IMG/VR virus record: IMGVR_UViG_3300031758_000013
Direction: 5' to 3' (one strand)
Length of the DNA stretch: 64,000 bases
DNA from: an uncultured virus (IMG/VR IMGVR_UViG_3300031758_000013)
Taxonomy: Duplodnaviria; Heunggongvirae; Uroviricota; Caudoviricetes
Part shown: positions 49,872 through 56,785 of the stretch, in pieces
Layout: every line of letters begins with the position of its first letter
Position numbering within the stretch: position 1 is the first letter of the stretch
Translations under genes and position numbers: made by a program
The notes under the pieces: generated by a model
The model's database searches: none
Seen by the model: the letters and a program-made list of their open reading frames with translations, nothing else
Told to the model about the DNA's origin: nothing

Positions 49872-50112
49872 ATCCTCTAATCTTAAATGATCTTGGCAAA
49901 CAGAGACTGCTTTAAAGGCATCTCAGCCTAACAGTTTGTCCGTCGCTATGAGAAGATACAAAATGAAATAACGAAGGTATCTTCCATCCATTTCCCTCTT
50001 ACTGGAAATGCAAAATCATTATGGTTTCGTCAGTAGTATCTTAAAGATACTGCTCTCTAGCCCTAAGACTTGAAGCTTTGTAAGAGTCAATAGAGGTTGA
50101 ACCTCCGTTGCG
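49872..50112 (-). ncRNA. Highly structured leader / candidate ncRNA upstream of the SleB gene
   Basis: At least six stems, e.g. GAGGT/ACCTC, AGTATC/GATACT, CATTTCC/GGAAATG, GAAGATAC/GTATCTTC, GAGA-TGC/GCA-G-TCTC and long-range ATGATTTTG/CAAGATCAT. Confidence 0.5.
49923..49991 (-). CDS. Candidate 22-aa hydrophobic uORF MDGRYLRYFILYLLIATDKLLG
   Basis: SD AAGAGG just upstream; the ATG lies in the CATTTCC/GGAAATG stem. Confidence 0.4.
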   Translation of the reverse strand: MDGRYLRYFILYLLIATDKLLG

Positions 50113-50118
50113 ATATTT

Positions 50119-50126
50119 TATTTATA
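50119..50126 (-). promoter_or_regulatory. T4-type late promoter for the structured leader and SleB gene
   Basis: Exact TATAAATA. Confidence 0.7.
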
Positions 50127-50137
50127 CCATATATTAA

Positions 50138-50303
50138 GTTGCCGGATTCTGTTTCGAGGCTCCGGCGGGCCCAAGAGGTCATGCCGCTAGGCGGATACCT
50201 ACAACGCTATCGTTATCGTTAGCATTTGTGTTTAATGGCAACTTTGCCAAGCAATCAGTCTCGAACCGCCCTATTCCGTCCCAGTCGATCCTATCTCACC
50301 CCC
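50138..50303 (-). ncRNA. ssrA: Two-piece (permuted) tmRNA, coding piece; tag (A)ANDNDSVVGIRLAA
   Basis: 5' GGGGGTGAGATAGGATCGAC; tag ORF 50223..50179 ending LAA-TGA; 3' GCCGGA..AACAGAA..TCCGGC. The 3' end is approximate. Confidence 0.92.
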
Positions 50304-50716
50304 GTCATAAATGATCTTGTCTTTCGACCTTGACCTTTTGCCCAACCTTCAGGAGGAATCTGACCTTCTCTTAAACAACATTTCTGAGTTGGATCTTCTG
50401 GATTATGAAACCATCTTAATCCACCAGTTCCAGTTGGCTTAAACTCTCCGGGCTTTGGTCCACGCCTTGCAGTTTTGTTAGCGTTTCCTTTAGCCGCGCC
50501 TCGTTTGCCAGCCTCACTTAGCATTTCCTTAACAAGTTGTTCTTTACTTATTAAGCCAGAAAGTCCCAACCATGCTAGTCGATCTTCCCATCTGCCATGT
50601 TGTTCGTAGAGAATTCTATGAGCTTCTGCATGTTCTTCAACAGTTAACTCAATCAAATTCTCTGGGTCATCAGTTCCACCCAAATACTTAGGCACTTTAT
50701 GATGAATATGCTTCAC
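50291..50716 (-). CDS. HNH homing endonuclease inside the tmRNA intervening segment
   Basis: HIHHKVPKYLGGTDDPENLIELTVEEHAEAH (HNH); C-terminal W.HN..PEGW.KG motif; GTG start with AAGGAG SD. Confidence 0.85.
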   Translation of the reverse strand: MKHIHHKVPKYLGGTDDPENLIELTVEEHAEAHRILYEQHGRWEDRLAWLGLSGLISKEQLVKEMLSEAGKRGAAKGNANKTARRGPKPGEFKPTGTGGLRWFHNPEDPTQKCCLREGQIPPEGWAKGQGRKTRSFMTGVR

Positions 50717-50723
50717 TTAATCT

Positions 50724-50753
50724 CTCCTTCCTAGTTATTTATAAAACTAGGAT
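50724..50753 (-). promoter_or_regulatory. Late promoter TATAAATA (50743-50736) within a hairpin overlapping the HNH RBS
   Basis: TCCTAGTT-TTATAAAT-AACTAGGA, then AGGAGAGATTAA GTG. Confidence 0.75.
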
Positions 50754-50774
50754 CTTAAAGACTAAGATCACTTA

Positions 50775-50840
50775 TGGTGGAGGTGACGGGTACTGCCCCC
50801 GTGTCCTCAGAACCTTTATCGTTGATTGTCAACAACTGAT
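50775..50840 (-). ncRNA. ssrA: Two-piece tmRNA, acceptor piece
   Basis: GAC-ACGGG-GGCAGTA-CCCGT-CACCTCC-A-CCA. Pairs with GGGGGTG giving G3.U70; 5' ATCAGT is complementary to ACTGAT in the coding piece. The 5' end is approximate. Confidence 0.92.
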
Positions 50841-50846
50841 ATACTA

Positions 50847-50875
50847 TATATAATCTATTCTTGTTTAAATGTCAA
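50847..50875 (-). promoter_or_regulatory. Sigma70-type early promoter of tmRNA
   Basis: TTGACA-17-TATATA. Confidence 0.7.
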
Positions 50876-50878
50876 CAC

Positions 50879-51316
50879 TTAATTGCACCAAGATTGCTTT
50901 GCATCACCAAAATATTCTCTAGCATATCCGTTGGCAATTAACTGAGTTCGAAGACTCTTACCATCAAGAATCATGTCACCCAGCACTCGGCCACCATACT
51001 TATCCCAATCATATAGGATATATCTAACTTTCACCGCTTTGGCCACTAGATCCTTTGTAAAGGCGCTCGCTGCTTGACCCTTTTCATCTTCTGCGGGACA
51101 CTGCGCACGAAAACCTTTTTCTGGAGTATCTACACCATAGATACGAACTGAAATTTGCTTCTTAATTGGTGCTGGCACCCAGAGTGCTTCAATCTGTATA
51201 GTATCACCATCAGTTACTTTAATAACTTTGGCGTTATAAGCTTTACCAACCGGCGTCTTCTGTGCAAACACTGGAGTGGCCAGCGTCAGCGCTGCTAGAA
51301 CAATAAACTTCTTCAT
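50879..51316 (-). CDS. Secreted thermonuclease (SNase-like)
   Basis: Signal peptide; VTDGDTI..VRIYGVDTPE..DKYGGRVLG..LIANGYAREY. Confidence 0.85.
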   Translation of the reverse strand: MKKFIVLAALTLATPVFAQKTPVGKAYNAKVIKVTDGDTIQIEALWVPAPIKKQISVRIYGVDTPEKGFRAQCPAEDEKGQAASAFTKDLVAKAVKVRYILYDWDKYGGRVLGDMILDGKSLRTQLIANGYAREYFGDAKQSWCN

Positions 51317-51325
51317 TTAGTTTCC

Positions 51326-51661
51326 TTAATTGCAGCGAGTTTGCCAATAGACGTAGCGCTCTCCGCGATACCATTCTGTCACCTGCTCGCGTACACAATA
51401 GCGTCGATCGTAACGATTATCAGGCGGATAATACTGATTATCATATTCACGACTACGATCCCGCGAGTCTCGCTGACTGGAACTAATAGTGCCTACTACA
51501 ATTCCGCCAAGAATAGCGCCGCACAACCAGCCACAGCCAGTGTTACGATCGCGATCTCGATGATTGTATTCTCTATGGTGTCGATCGCGATTTTCACGAG
51601 CGATGGCTGGAGTGGCAATAAGCATGCTACCAACAATCATAGATACAATAAACTTCTTCAT
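51326..51661 (-). CDS. Secreted/membrane protein with glycine-zipper segment
   Basis: Signal peptide; GAILGGIVVG. Confidence 0.6.
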   Translation of the reverse strand: MKKFIVSMIVGSMLIATPAIARENRDRHHREYNHRDRDRNTGCGWLCGAILGGIVVGTISSSQRDSRDRSREYDNQYYPPDNRYDRRYCVREQVTEWYRGERYVYWQTRCN

Positions 51662-51855
51662 AATTCTTCATCCATTTCAATAAACATAACTCGTTTTCGT
51701 GGATCGCCTTCTGTGATACAACTCGTAAGTATAAGCGCCTCCTTATAATTTTTTGTATGAAATTTTACTGGAAAGACGATCTCGTCTTCCTCAGTTTCAA
51801 TCATCATTCCAACAAAGTAAACGCCATTTTGTTCTACCATACGTTTATTTATCAA
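51658..51855 (-). CDS. Hypothetical protein
   Basis: ORF overlapping both neighbours by 4 nt. Confidence 0.5.
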   Translation of the reverse strand: MINKRMVEQNGVYFVGMMIETEEDEIVFPVKFHTKNYKEALILTSCITEGDPRKRVMFIEMDEEL

Positions 51856-51968
51856 ACGTGCGTATCATCATAATCATTATCAAATTGAATATAACCACGA
51901 TAACTGATATAACTGATGATTGCACACACAATCACCAGTATACCAGCTGCAATCACTTCATTAGTCAT
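51852..51968 (-). CDS. Small membrane peptide (38 aa, MTNEVIAAGILVIVCAIISYISYRG...)
   Basis: TAATG coupling with the upstream DUF932 gene; one TM segment; absent from ORF track. Confidence 0.5.
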   Translation of the reverse strand: MTNEVIAAGILVIVCAIISYISYRGYIQFDNDYDDTHV

Positions 51969-52915
51969 TACACAGCATCTGCAAATTCAACCGCGGTTTC
52001 TAGTGCTCGAGTCTTAAGATTCTTGTTTGAACCATACCAGGCCGAGGTAAGACGGTTGTCAGTAGAACGACCAATCATGTGATCAGTCATAAACGTGACA
52101 GCGTTGAAAGCCTGCCACCAGCTACCCTCAGCAAATTCAGCACCTGGCTGCTGGTCCATAATTTCCAGAGCGATGCTAGCATTCTTGCTGATTTCCTTCT
52201 TGGAACCAGAGACAGGGAAAATGCGCTTGAAGTAATCAACAATATTTTCATCGTTGAAACGCTTCGAGCCAAGATAAGCAGCCATTTCCTTGTACTTGGC
52301 AAGCTTTTCCTTTGCAACGCCAAGAGTTTCCTTGACCAGCTCAGGATCGAATTCGCGACGGTGGCTAACCTTGACGATCTTGCTCGACTGAGTGTTGAGC
52401 GACAGAGTCAGAGTGTTGTTGCAAACCACACGAATCGGAGTAAAGCGAACGTCGATCGACCAACCATACTTGTGTGGATTCGTGAAGAGGAGGTAGGATT
52501 CAACAGCATCGCCATTGAAGAGCTCGAAGCTTTCCTTGACCTTAGCAAGAGCCCAGACAAGCTGGCCGTCACGAAGTGAACCAGCGGTGTGCATTTCCAT
52601 TTCACCAGCGGCGACGAAATCGTTGAAGAACTCGAAAGCCTTTTCGTTCTGGTTCGGAATCCAGTCGTTAGTGATTACGTCGAGGATCTTGTTGTCGACG
52701 TCACGAACCAGAGCTGAGTGACCGACGTCAACCTGCTTACCAGCGATTTCGGCAAAGGCAGGAACTGGAGTCACGCGCCAGTCAAGACCGGCTGCCTTGA
52801 GCATATCATTCGGAGTGATATCAGCCGGAACTTCCGTACCAAGACCGTGCCAAGGAGTTTCACCAGCATAAGCCATCGAAGCCTTGCCATCCATAAATTC
52901 AATCATATGTGCCAT
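51968..52915 (-). CDS. DUF932 / TIGR03299-like phage protein
   Basis: MAHMIE..AYAGETPWHGLG..AGLDW..TAGSLRDG..TPIRVVCNNTL..WQAFNAVT. Confidence 0.85.
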   Translation of the reverse strand: MAHMIEFMDGKASMAYAGETPWHGLGTEVPADITPNDMLKAAGLDWRVTPVPAFAEIAGKQVDVGHSALVRDVDNKILDVITNDWIPNQNEKAFEFFNDFVAAGEMEMHTAGSLRDGQLVWALAKVKESFELFNGDAVESYLLFTNPHKYGWSIDVRFTPIRVVCNNTLTLSLNTQSSKIVKVSHRREFDPELVKETLGVAKEKLAKYKEMAAYLGSKRFNDENIVDYFKRIFPVSGSKKEISKNASIALEIMDQQPGAEFAEGSWWQAFNAVTFMTDHMIGRSTDNRLTSAWYGSNKNLKTRALETAVEFADAV

Positions 52916-52942
52916 AACAAAAACCTTTCCAATTGATAATTA

Positions 52943-52971
52943 AGTATAGTCTATTTTCAAAATAATGTCAA
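52943..52971 (-). promoter_or_regulatory. Early sigma70-type promoter
   Basis: TTGACA-17-TATACT. Confidence 0.75.
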
Positions 52972-52979
52972 CTGTTAAA

Positions 52980-53243
52980 TCACATTGCAGCTATTTTATT
53001 CATTATAGCCAGCACACTATCAGTATCCTGCCAGCCATCAACGTCATCATTACTGCCAAGCTTCACCCAGTTACCATCGGCATCCCAAGCAGCAACTTCA
53101 GCAGAAACAAACCCAGTGTCAGCAGTACCCGTCGAGTACGTCCCGTCACCCATAGCCAAGGATACAGTATAGCCATTAGCGAACTTCATAGAGAAGTTGC
53201 TCTTAGCACCACCAGACCAGTCAAGAACACGAACTTTAAACAT
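52980..53243 (-). CDS. Hypothetical early protein
   Basis: Probable ATG at 53243 with GAGG SD; FANGYTVS..AEVAAW..DDVDGWQ. Confidence 0.6.
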   Translation of the reverse strand: MFKVRVLDWSGGAKSNFSMKFANGYTVSLAMGDGTYSTGTADTGFVSAEVAAWDADGNWVKLGSNDDVDGWQDTDSVLAIMNKIAAM

Positions 53244-53257
53244 AATAAATTCCTCAA

Positions 53258-53350
53258 TTATGCGGGAAGAGTCTGTTGAATTTCCCACAGTGTAATCATA
53301 GCAAAAACAAAAATACCAGAGCCAAGAAAAATCAAAATGTTCTTAATCAT
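53258..53350 (-). CDS. Small membrane peptide (30 aa, MIKNILIFLGSGIFVFAMITLWEIQQTLPA)
   Basis: GGAG SD directly behind an early promoter; absent from ORF track. Confidence 0.5.
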   Translation of the reverse strand: MIKNILIFLGSGIFVFAMITLWEIQQTLPA

Positions 53351-53375
53351 GACAATCTCCATTCCGTATATTCTT

Positions 53376-53404
53376 AGTATAGTTTATTTTGATAATAATG
53401 TCAA
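53376..53404 (-). promoter_or_regulatory. Early sigma70-type promoter
   Basis: TTGACA-17-TATACT. Confidence 0.75.
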
Positions 53405-53409
53405 CAAAA

Positions 53410-53613
53410 TTATGCATGTTCCATATAATTAATCATGCGATCAATGATCTTTTCAAAATCATCATCCGGATGCAGATACTGATCAATGCAAATATCGTTA
53501 TACAGCTCTGTTAGAACAGTCTGAGTCTCTACACCATGAGTACCAGAGATACCTTCATAGACAAACTCAAAGGGATCATCCTGAGCGACAATATATTCAA
53601 ACAACCGAGTCAT
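53410..53613 (-). CDS. Hypothetical early protein
   Basis: Translationally coupled small ORF with GGAG SD. Confidence 0.6.
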   Translation of the reverse strand: MTRLFEYIVAQDDPFEFVYEGISGTHGVETQTVLTELYNDICIDQYLHPDDDFEKIIDRMINYMEHA

Positions 53614-53843
53614 TATGCAATCTCCTTGATAGGATCATCCCACCTAGTAGGATACCCAGCAGCGCAGTTAGACCAATCGCCGGCCGGCTTCTTAACAAGA
53701 TAATTATCAAAATACTTATCTTCGAGCTGCATAAGTCTATAGAACTCAGTCCAGCAGGCTTCTCGAGTGCCACTAAAAATTGATGAAGTGGAGGTGATTC
53801 CATCTTCATAGAATCCATTGATGATATGTACTTCGTAAGTCAT
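53613..53843 (-). CDS. Hypothetical early protein
   Basis: Translationally coupled small ORF. Confidence 0.55.
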   Translation of the reverse strand: MTYEVHIINGFYEDGITSTSSIFSGTREACWTEFYRLMQLEDKYFDNYLVKKPAGDWSNCAAGYPTRWDDPIKEIA

Positions 53844-54025
53844 TATTCGACTCCCACAAAATTGTAGCGGCGAGCATGGCTTTCCATGATCGCTCGAGCT
53901 TCCGGAACTCGAAGAAGAATATCTTCCATGGCACCTTCTAAGTAGCCGAGCTTAAAGCTAGTCGAAGCTTTCTCCGAAACACCGAGTTCTTCAGCAATAT
54001 GATCGATCAGCTTTACAATAAACAT
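53843..54025 (-). CDS. Hypothetical early protein
   Basis: Translationally coupled small ORF with GGAG SD. Confidence 0.55.
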   Translation of the reverse strand: MFIVKLIDHIAEELGVSEKASTSFKLGYLEGAMEDILLRVPEARAIMESHARRYNFVGVE

Positions 54026-54303
54026 TATGCAAACTCCTTTTCACCACGAGCAATTTGAATATCAACATCACGAAACATTACTACAAACTTATACATTGCC
54101 AAGCAATTACCAGGAATGCGGGCAAAGCAATCACGATTGAACTTGGTATAACAAACCGTAATCCACGGAATGACGTCACCATTTGCATTTTCTGCATAGT
54201 CAATTTTAGTGACTTCACCTCGAATCGTACCAGCAGCAGATTCGTAACGAACACGATCACCAATGAGAACAGTCTTAGGAGCAGTCATAATGTTTTCCTT
54301 CAT
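54025..54303 (-). CDS. Hypothetical early protein (SH3-like)
   Basis: IGDRVRYESAAGTIRGEV; first gene after a promoter. Confidence 0.6.
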   Translation of the reverse strand: MKENIMTAPKTVLIGDRVRYESAAGTIRGEVTKIDYAENANGDVIPWITVCYTKFNRDCFARIPGNCLAMYKFVVMFRDVDIQIARGEKEFA

Positions 54304-54316
54304 TCCTTATATTGTT

Positions 54317-54345
54317 AATATATCAAAACTTTCATATAATGTACA
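54317..54345 (-). promoter_or_regulatory. Early promoter variant
   Basis: TGTACA-17-TATATT. Confidence 0.55.
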
Positions 54346-54346
54346 C

Positions 54347-54381
54347 AAAAAAATGCACTCAGAATCAACCGAGTGCATTTT
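54347..54381. terminator. Inverted-repeat terminator
   Basis: AAAATGCACTC/GAGTGCATTTT stem with A/T tails. Confidence 0.7.
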
Positions 54382-54399
54382 AGTTTTGATTTAAAACAA

Positions 54400-55092
54400 T
54401 TACTTATAAAGTTTGTGATATGATCGAACTAAATCAACAGCCTTTTCAATATAATTTACAGGCCTTTCAACAAACACCTGAGGCTCAATTTCATCATCAA
54501 CGCCGATGATGATAACAATATCCTTCACACCAATTCCAGTCATCTCCCATAGCATGTAAGCATAAAGACTACACTGTAAGAAGTAACCTTCAATCCAATC
54601 TTTTCTCTTACGCTTAGCAGATGTCTTATAATCAATAATGGATAGTCTACCATCATAGTTAGCAATCAAATCACACGTTCCAGCAATCTTGAGCCGGTGA
54701 CTAAAGAGTGTGCATTCTGTTGCACGAATCATATCAACCTTTTCATCAAGATTTTTCTTAATTTGATTAAAAATCATCATGTTATGAGGCATTGACATGT
54801 CGACAGTTTCACCAAGAATGTACTTTTCGCACATAGTATGGATAAACGTCCCACGAGATGCGGCTCGCGATGAAACCCTATTGGCTTCCTCATTCCCGAC
54901 TCTCTTACGCCACTCGTCAAGGGCGGTCTTGTCAGACATCTTTCCGAGCACAGTAGTTACTGATGGATAGCGTTCACCAGTAGGAGTCTCGTACAAACGA
55001 GCAGTTTCTCCGTCAATACGATTCAGATGTACAAATTCGAGTAGATCGAATTCAAAATCTTTACGGCTGTAGTCCAAGCTTTTGGCGAGCAA
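54400..55092 (-). CDS. PD-(D/E)XK exonuclease
   Basis: YPSVTTVL..WRKRVG..RGT.IH..IAGTCDLIA..IIDYKTS..YFLQ..AY. Confidence 0.85.
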   Translation of the reverse strand: MLAKSLDYSRKDFEFDLLEFVHLNRIDGETARLYETPTGERYPSVTTVLGKMSDKTALDEWRKRVGNEEANRVSSRAASRGTFIHTMCEKYILGETVDMSMPHNMMIFNQIKKNLDEKVDMIRATECTLFSHRLKIAGTCDLIANYDGRLSIIDYKTSAKRKRKDWIEGYFLQCSLYAYMLWEMTGIGVKDIVIIIGVDDEIEPQVFVERPVNYIEKAVDLVRSYHKLYK

Positions 55093-55138
55093 TTATGTAT
55101 TCCTTCACAAGTTTAGAGCGCACGATATCGGCCTCTAG
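55061..55138 (-). pseudogene. Orphan duplicate of the phoH 3' end (LEADIVRSKLVKEYIIARQKLGLQP*)
   Basis: Matches the PhoH C-terminus IEDIVRSSIVKRYIVARHKLGMS; out of frame with phoH. Confidence 0.75.
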
Positions 55139-55142
55139 ACAA

Positions 55143-55901
55143 TTAAGACATTCCAAGTTTATGTCGAGCAACAATGTATCTTTTAACTATAGAACTTCTT
55201 ACAATATCTTCTATTTCAAAATCAATAAATTCAAAATCAGGAATGTTTTGAAGAATTTTCATGAAGTTAATAAGACCTGAATATTCCTTTCTTCTTTCAG
55301 AAGAAAGATCGTCTTGTCTAAAATCTCCACAAAATACAATTCTACAATTTTTACCAATACGAGTCATCACACTATGCAATTCTTGATCTGCCATATTTTG
55401 GCATTCATCGACAACAATATAACAGTTGTTCAATGTGATACCACGAACAAATGAAGTGCTCATGAATTCAATAGCATTCTTTTGCTTTAGAATATCGTAA
55501 GCGTCTCCACGTTCGAACAACTCACCACAAATAGCATAGTAGGGAGCTTCATAGACCTTCATCTTCTCTTTCTGAGATCCTGGTAGAAATCCCATATCGC
55601 GAGTTGGAACTACAGAACGAACTACGTAGATCTTTTCTTGTTCACTATTTCCAGACATTAGATCATTGATTGCTAGATACATGGAGAGAAAAGTCTTACC
55701 AGTTCCAGCCATACCATGAAGCATCAGATGTTTACCATCACGAAAAGCTTCAAATGTCTTTTTCTGATTATCAGTAAGTGGATGAACTCGTTTCAAGTTA
55801 AAATTTGGAGAGTTGAAAGTTGGCTTATTGTTGATCAGTTCTTGTTCTCCGTTTTGACGTAGAATTCTTTTCTGTCTTTTAGTAAGTCTTGCTTCGGTCA
55901 C
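55143..55901 (-). CDS. phoH: PhoH-family ATPase
   Basis: GMAGTGKT, RDMGFLPG, FVRGIT, VDECQN, TRIG, GDFRQ, DIVRS. Confidence 0.92.
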   Translation of the reverse strand: MTEARLTKRQKRILRQNGEQELINNKPTFNSPNFNLKRVHPLTDNQKKTFEAFRDGKHLMLHGMAGTGKTFLSMYLAINDLMSGNSEQEKIYVVRSVVPTRDMGFLPGSQKEKMKVYEAPYYAICGELFERGDAYDILKQKNAIEFMSTSFVRGITLNNCYIVVDECQNMADQELHSVMTRIGKNCRIVFCGDFRQDDLSSERRKEYSGLINFMKILQNIPDFEFIDFEIEDIVRSSIVKRYIVARHKLGMS

Positions 55902-55910
55902 GAGTCATCC

Positions 55911-56210
55911 TTATTTTTTATTTTTGGCTTTGTTAACGGCGTCGCGAGTCTTTGAGGCTTTAATGCTCTTATCTCCATATTGTTGAGCGAGTGGAGAGGT
56001 TGGGTTTGCGTTACCAATCTTATTTAACAGATCGTTAAAACCACTATCAGTCTTATGAGTAACGCCTGCTATTCCAGAAATGATAGCAGGCGCGCCTATA
56101 ACTAACTGTGCATGAGGATTAGCAACTAGATATTCGTCTTTTCCAGACATAGTGAGGAACTCTTCCCAGATTTCTCCGGTGTCTTTGTTCCTGAACTCAT
56201 AAATTGGCAT
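55911..56210 (-). CDS. FmdB-like small regulatory protein
   Basis: MPIYEFRNKDTGE..GFNDLLNKI. Confidence 0.6.
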   Translation of the reverse strand: MPIYEFRNKDTGEIWEEFLTMSGKDEYLVANPHAQLVIGAPAIISGIAGVTHKTDSGFNDLLNKIGNANPTSPLAQQYGDKSIKASKTRDAVNKAKNKK

Positions 56211-56374
56211 TAATAATCTTCTTCAATTACGTTGAAGATTGCATTTTTATTACCAGATCGAAGAGCAGATTTAAGCCGTTTTTCTTTTAGCTTCTGCCCA
56301 TGGTCTTCATGATAACTCTTGACTTCATCATCATAATTACTATACTTACTGTTACGCTTGATAGACTTACTCAT
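56210..56374 (-). CDS. Hypothetical 54-aa protein (MSKSIKRNSKYS...)
   Basis: Fills the gap between ORFs; TAATG coupling; absent from ORF track. Confidence 0.5.
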   Translation of the reverse strand: MSKSIKRNSKYSNYDDEVKSYHEDHGQKLKEKRLKSALRSGNKNAIFNVIEEDY

Positions 56375-56783
56375 TGATTAAACCCGGAAATGCTAGGTTG
56401 ACGATTTTGGTTGAAAGAGTACTAGAAAGTAGCTTGTCTTTTACTTGAATAAGCAGAGCGGCGTCTTTAGGATCAATTGATTCTAATAGTCCAATAAAGA
56501 GCATCTCTCTCTTAACTCTATTAAGATTAGGAGCATTACCTAGTAAATACAAATAAAGTGTTCGACACTCTGCATATAAGCGACCTTCAAGATCAACAAG
56601 TTCACATGGTGTATATGGAGGTGCACCTTCAGGAAGATCCCACTTTACGCCTGGAACAAGAGCAAGTTCTAAAATATATTTTAGCTGTTCACTCTCATTA
56701 TTTCGTAAGTACTGAACACGATCTTCGACACTCTCAATATTAGAGGCTGTTTCAATGATTTGTGCAATAGATAATTTTAGCAT
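56367..56783 (-). CDS. Conserved T4-like phage hypothetical protein
   Basis: WDLPEGAPPY..KREMLFIGLLE..AFPGL. Confidence 0.7.
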   Translation of the reverse strand: MLKLSIAQIIETASNIESVEDRVQYLRNNESEQLKYILELALVPGVKWDLPEGAPPYTPCELVDLEGRLYAECRTLYLYLLGNAPNLNRVKREMLFIGLLESIDPKDAALLIQVKDKLLSSTLSTKIVNLAFPGLINE

Positions 56784-56785
56784 GT

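Noticed and set aside
50020..50090. Hammerhead (CTGACGA) or c-di-GMP riboswitch-like (CAAAGC) words in the SleB leader
   Set aside because: The required flanking stems and the GAAA/GNRA elements could not be placed; a cmscan would settle it.
50304..50774. Group I intron around the HNH gene
   Set aside because: The ORF fills almost the whole segment; no room or P/Q/R/S core elements were seen.
50775..50810. Stand-alone tRNA or attachment-site fragment
   Set aside because: There is no anticodon arm, and it pairs with the GGGGGTG at 50303, so it is the tmRNA acceptor piece.
54400..55092. Cas4 as evidence of a CRISPR system
   Set aside because: This is a common T4-like PD-(D/E)XK exonuclease with no array or other cas genes nearby.
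55061..55145. Stop-codon readthrough extending PhoH
   Set aside because: The duplicate end is in a different frame from the phoH stop.
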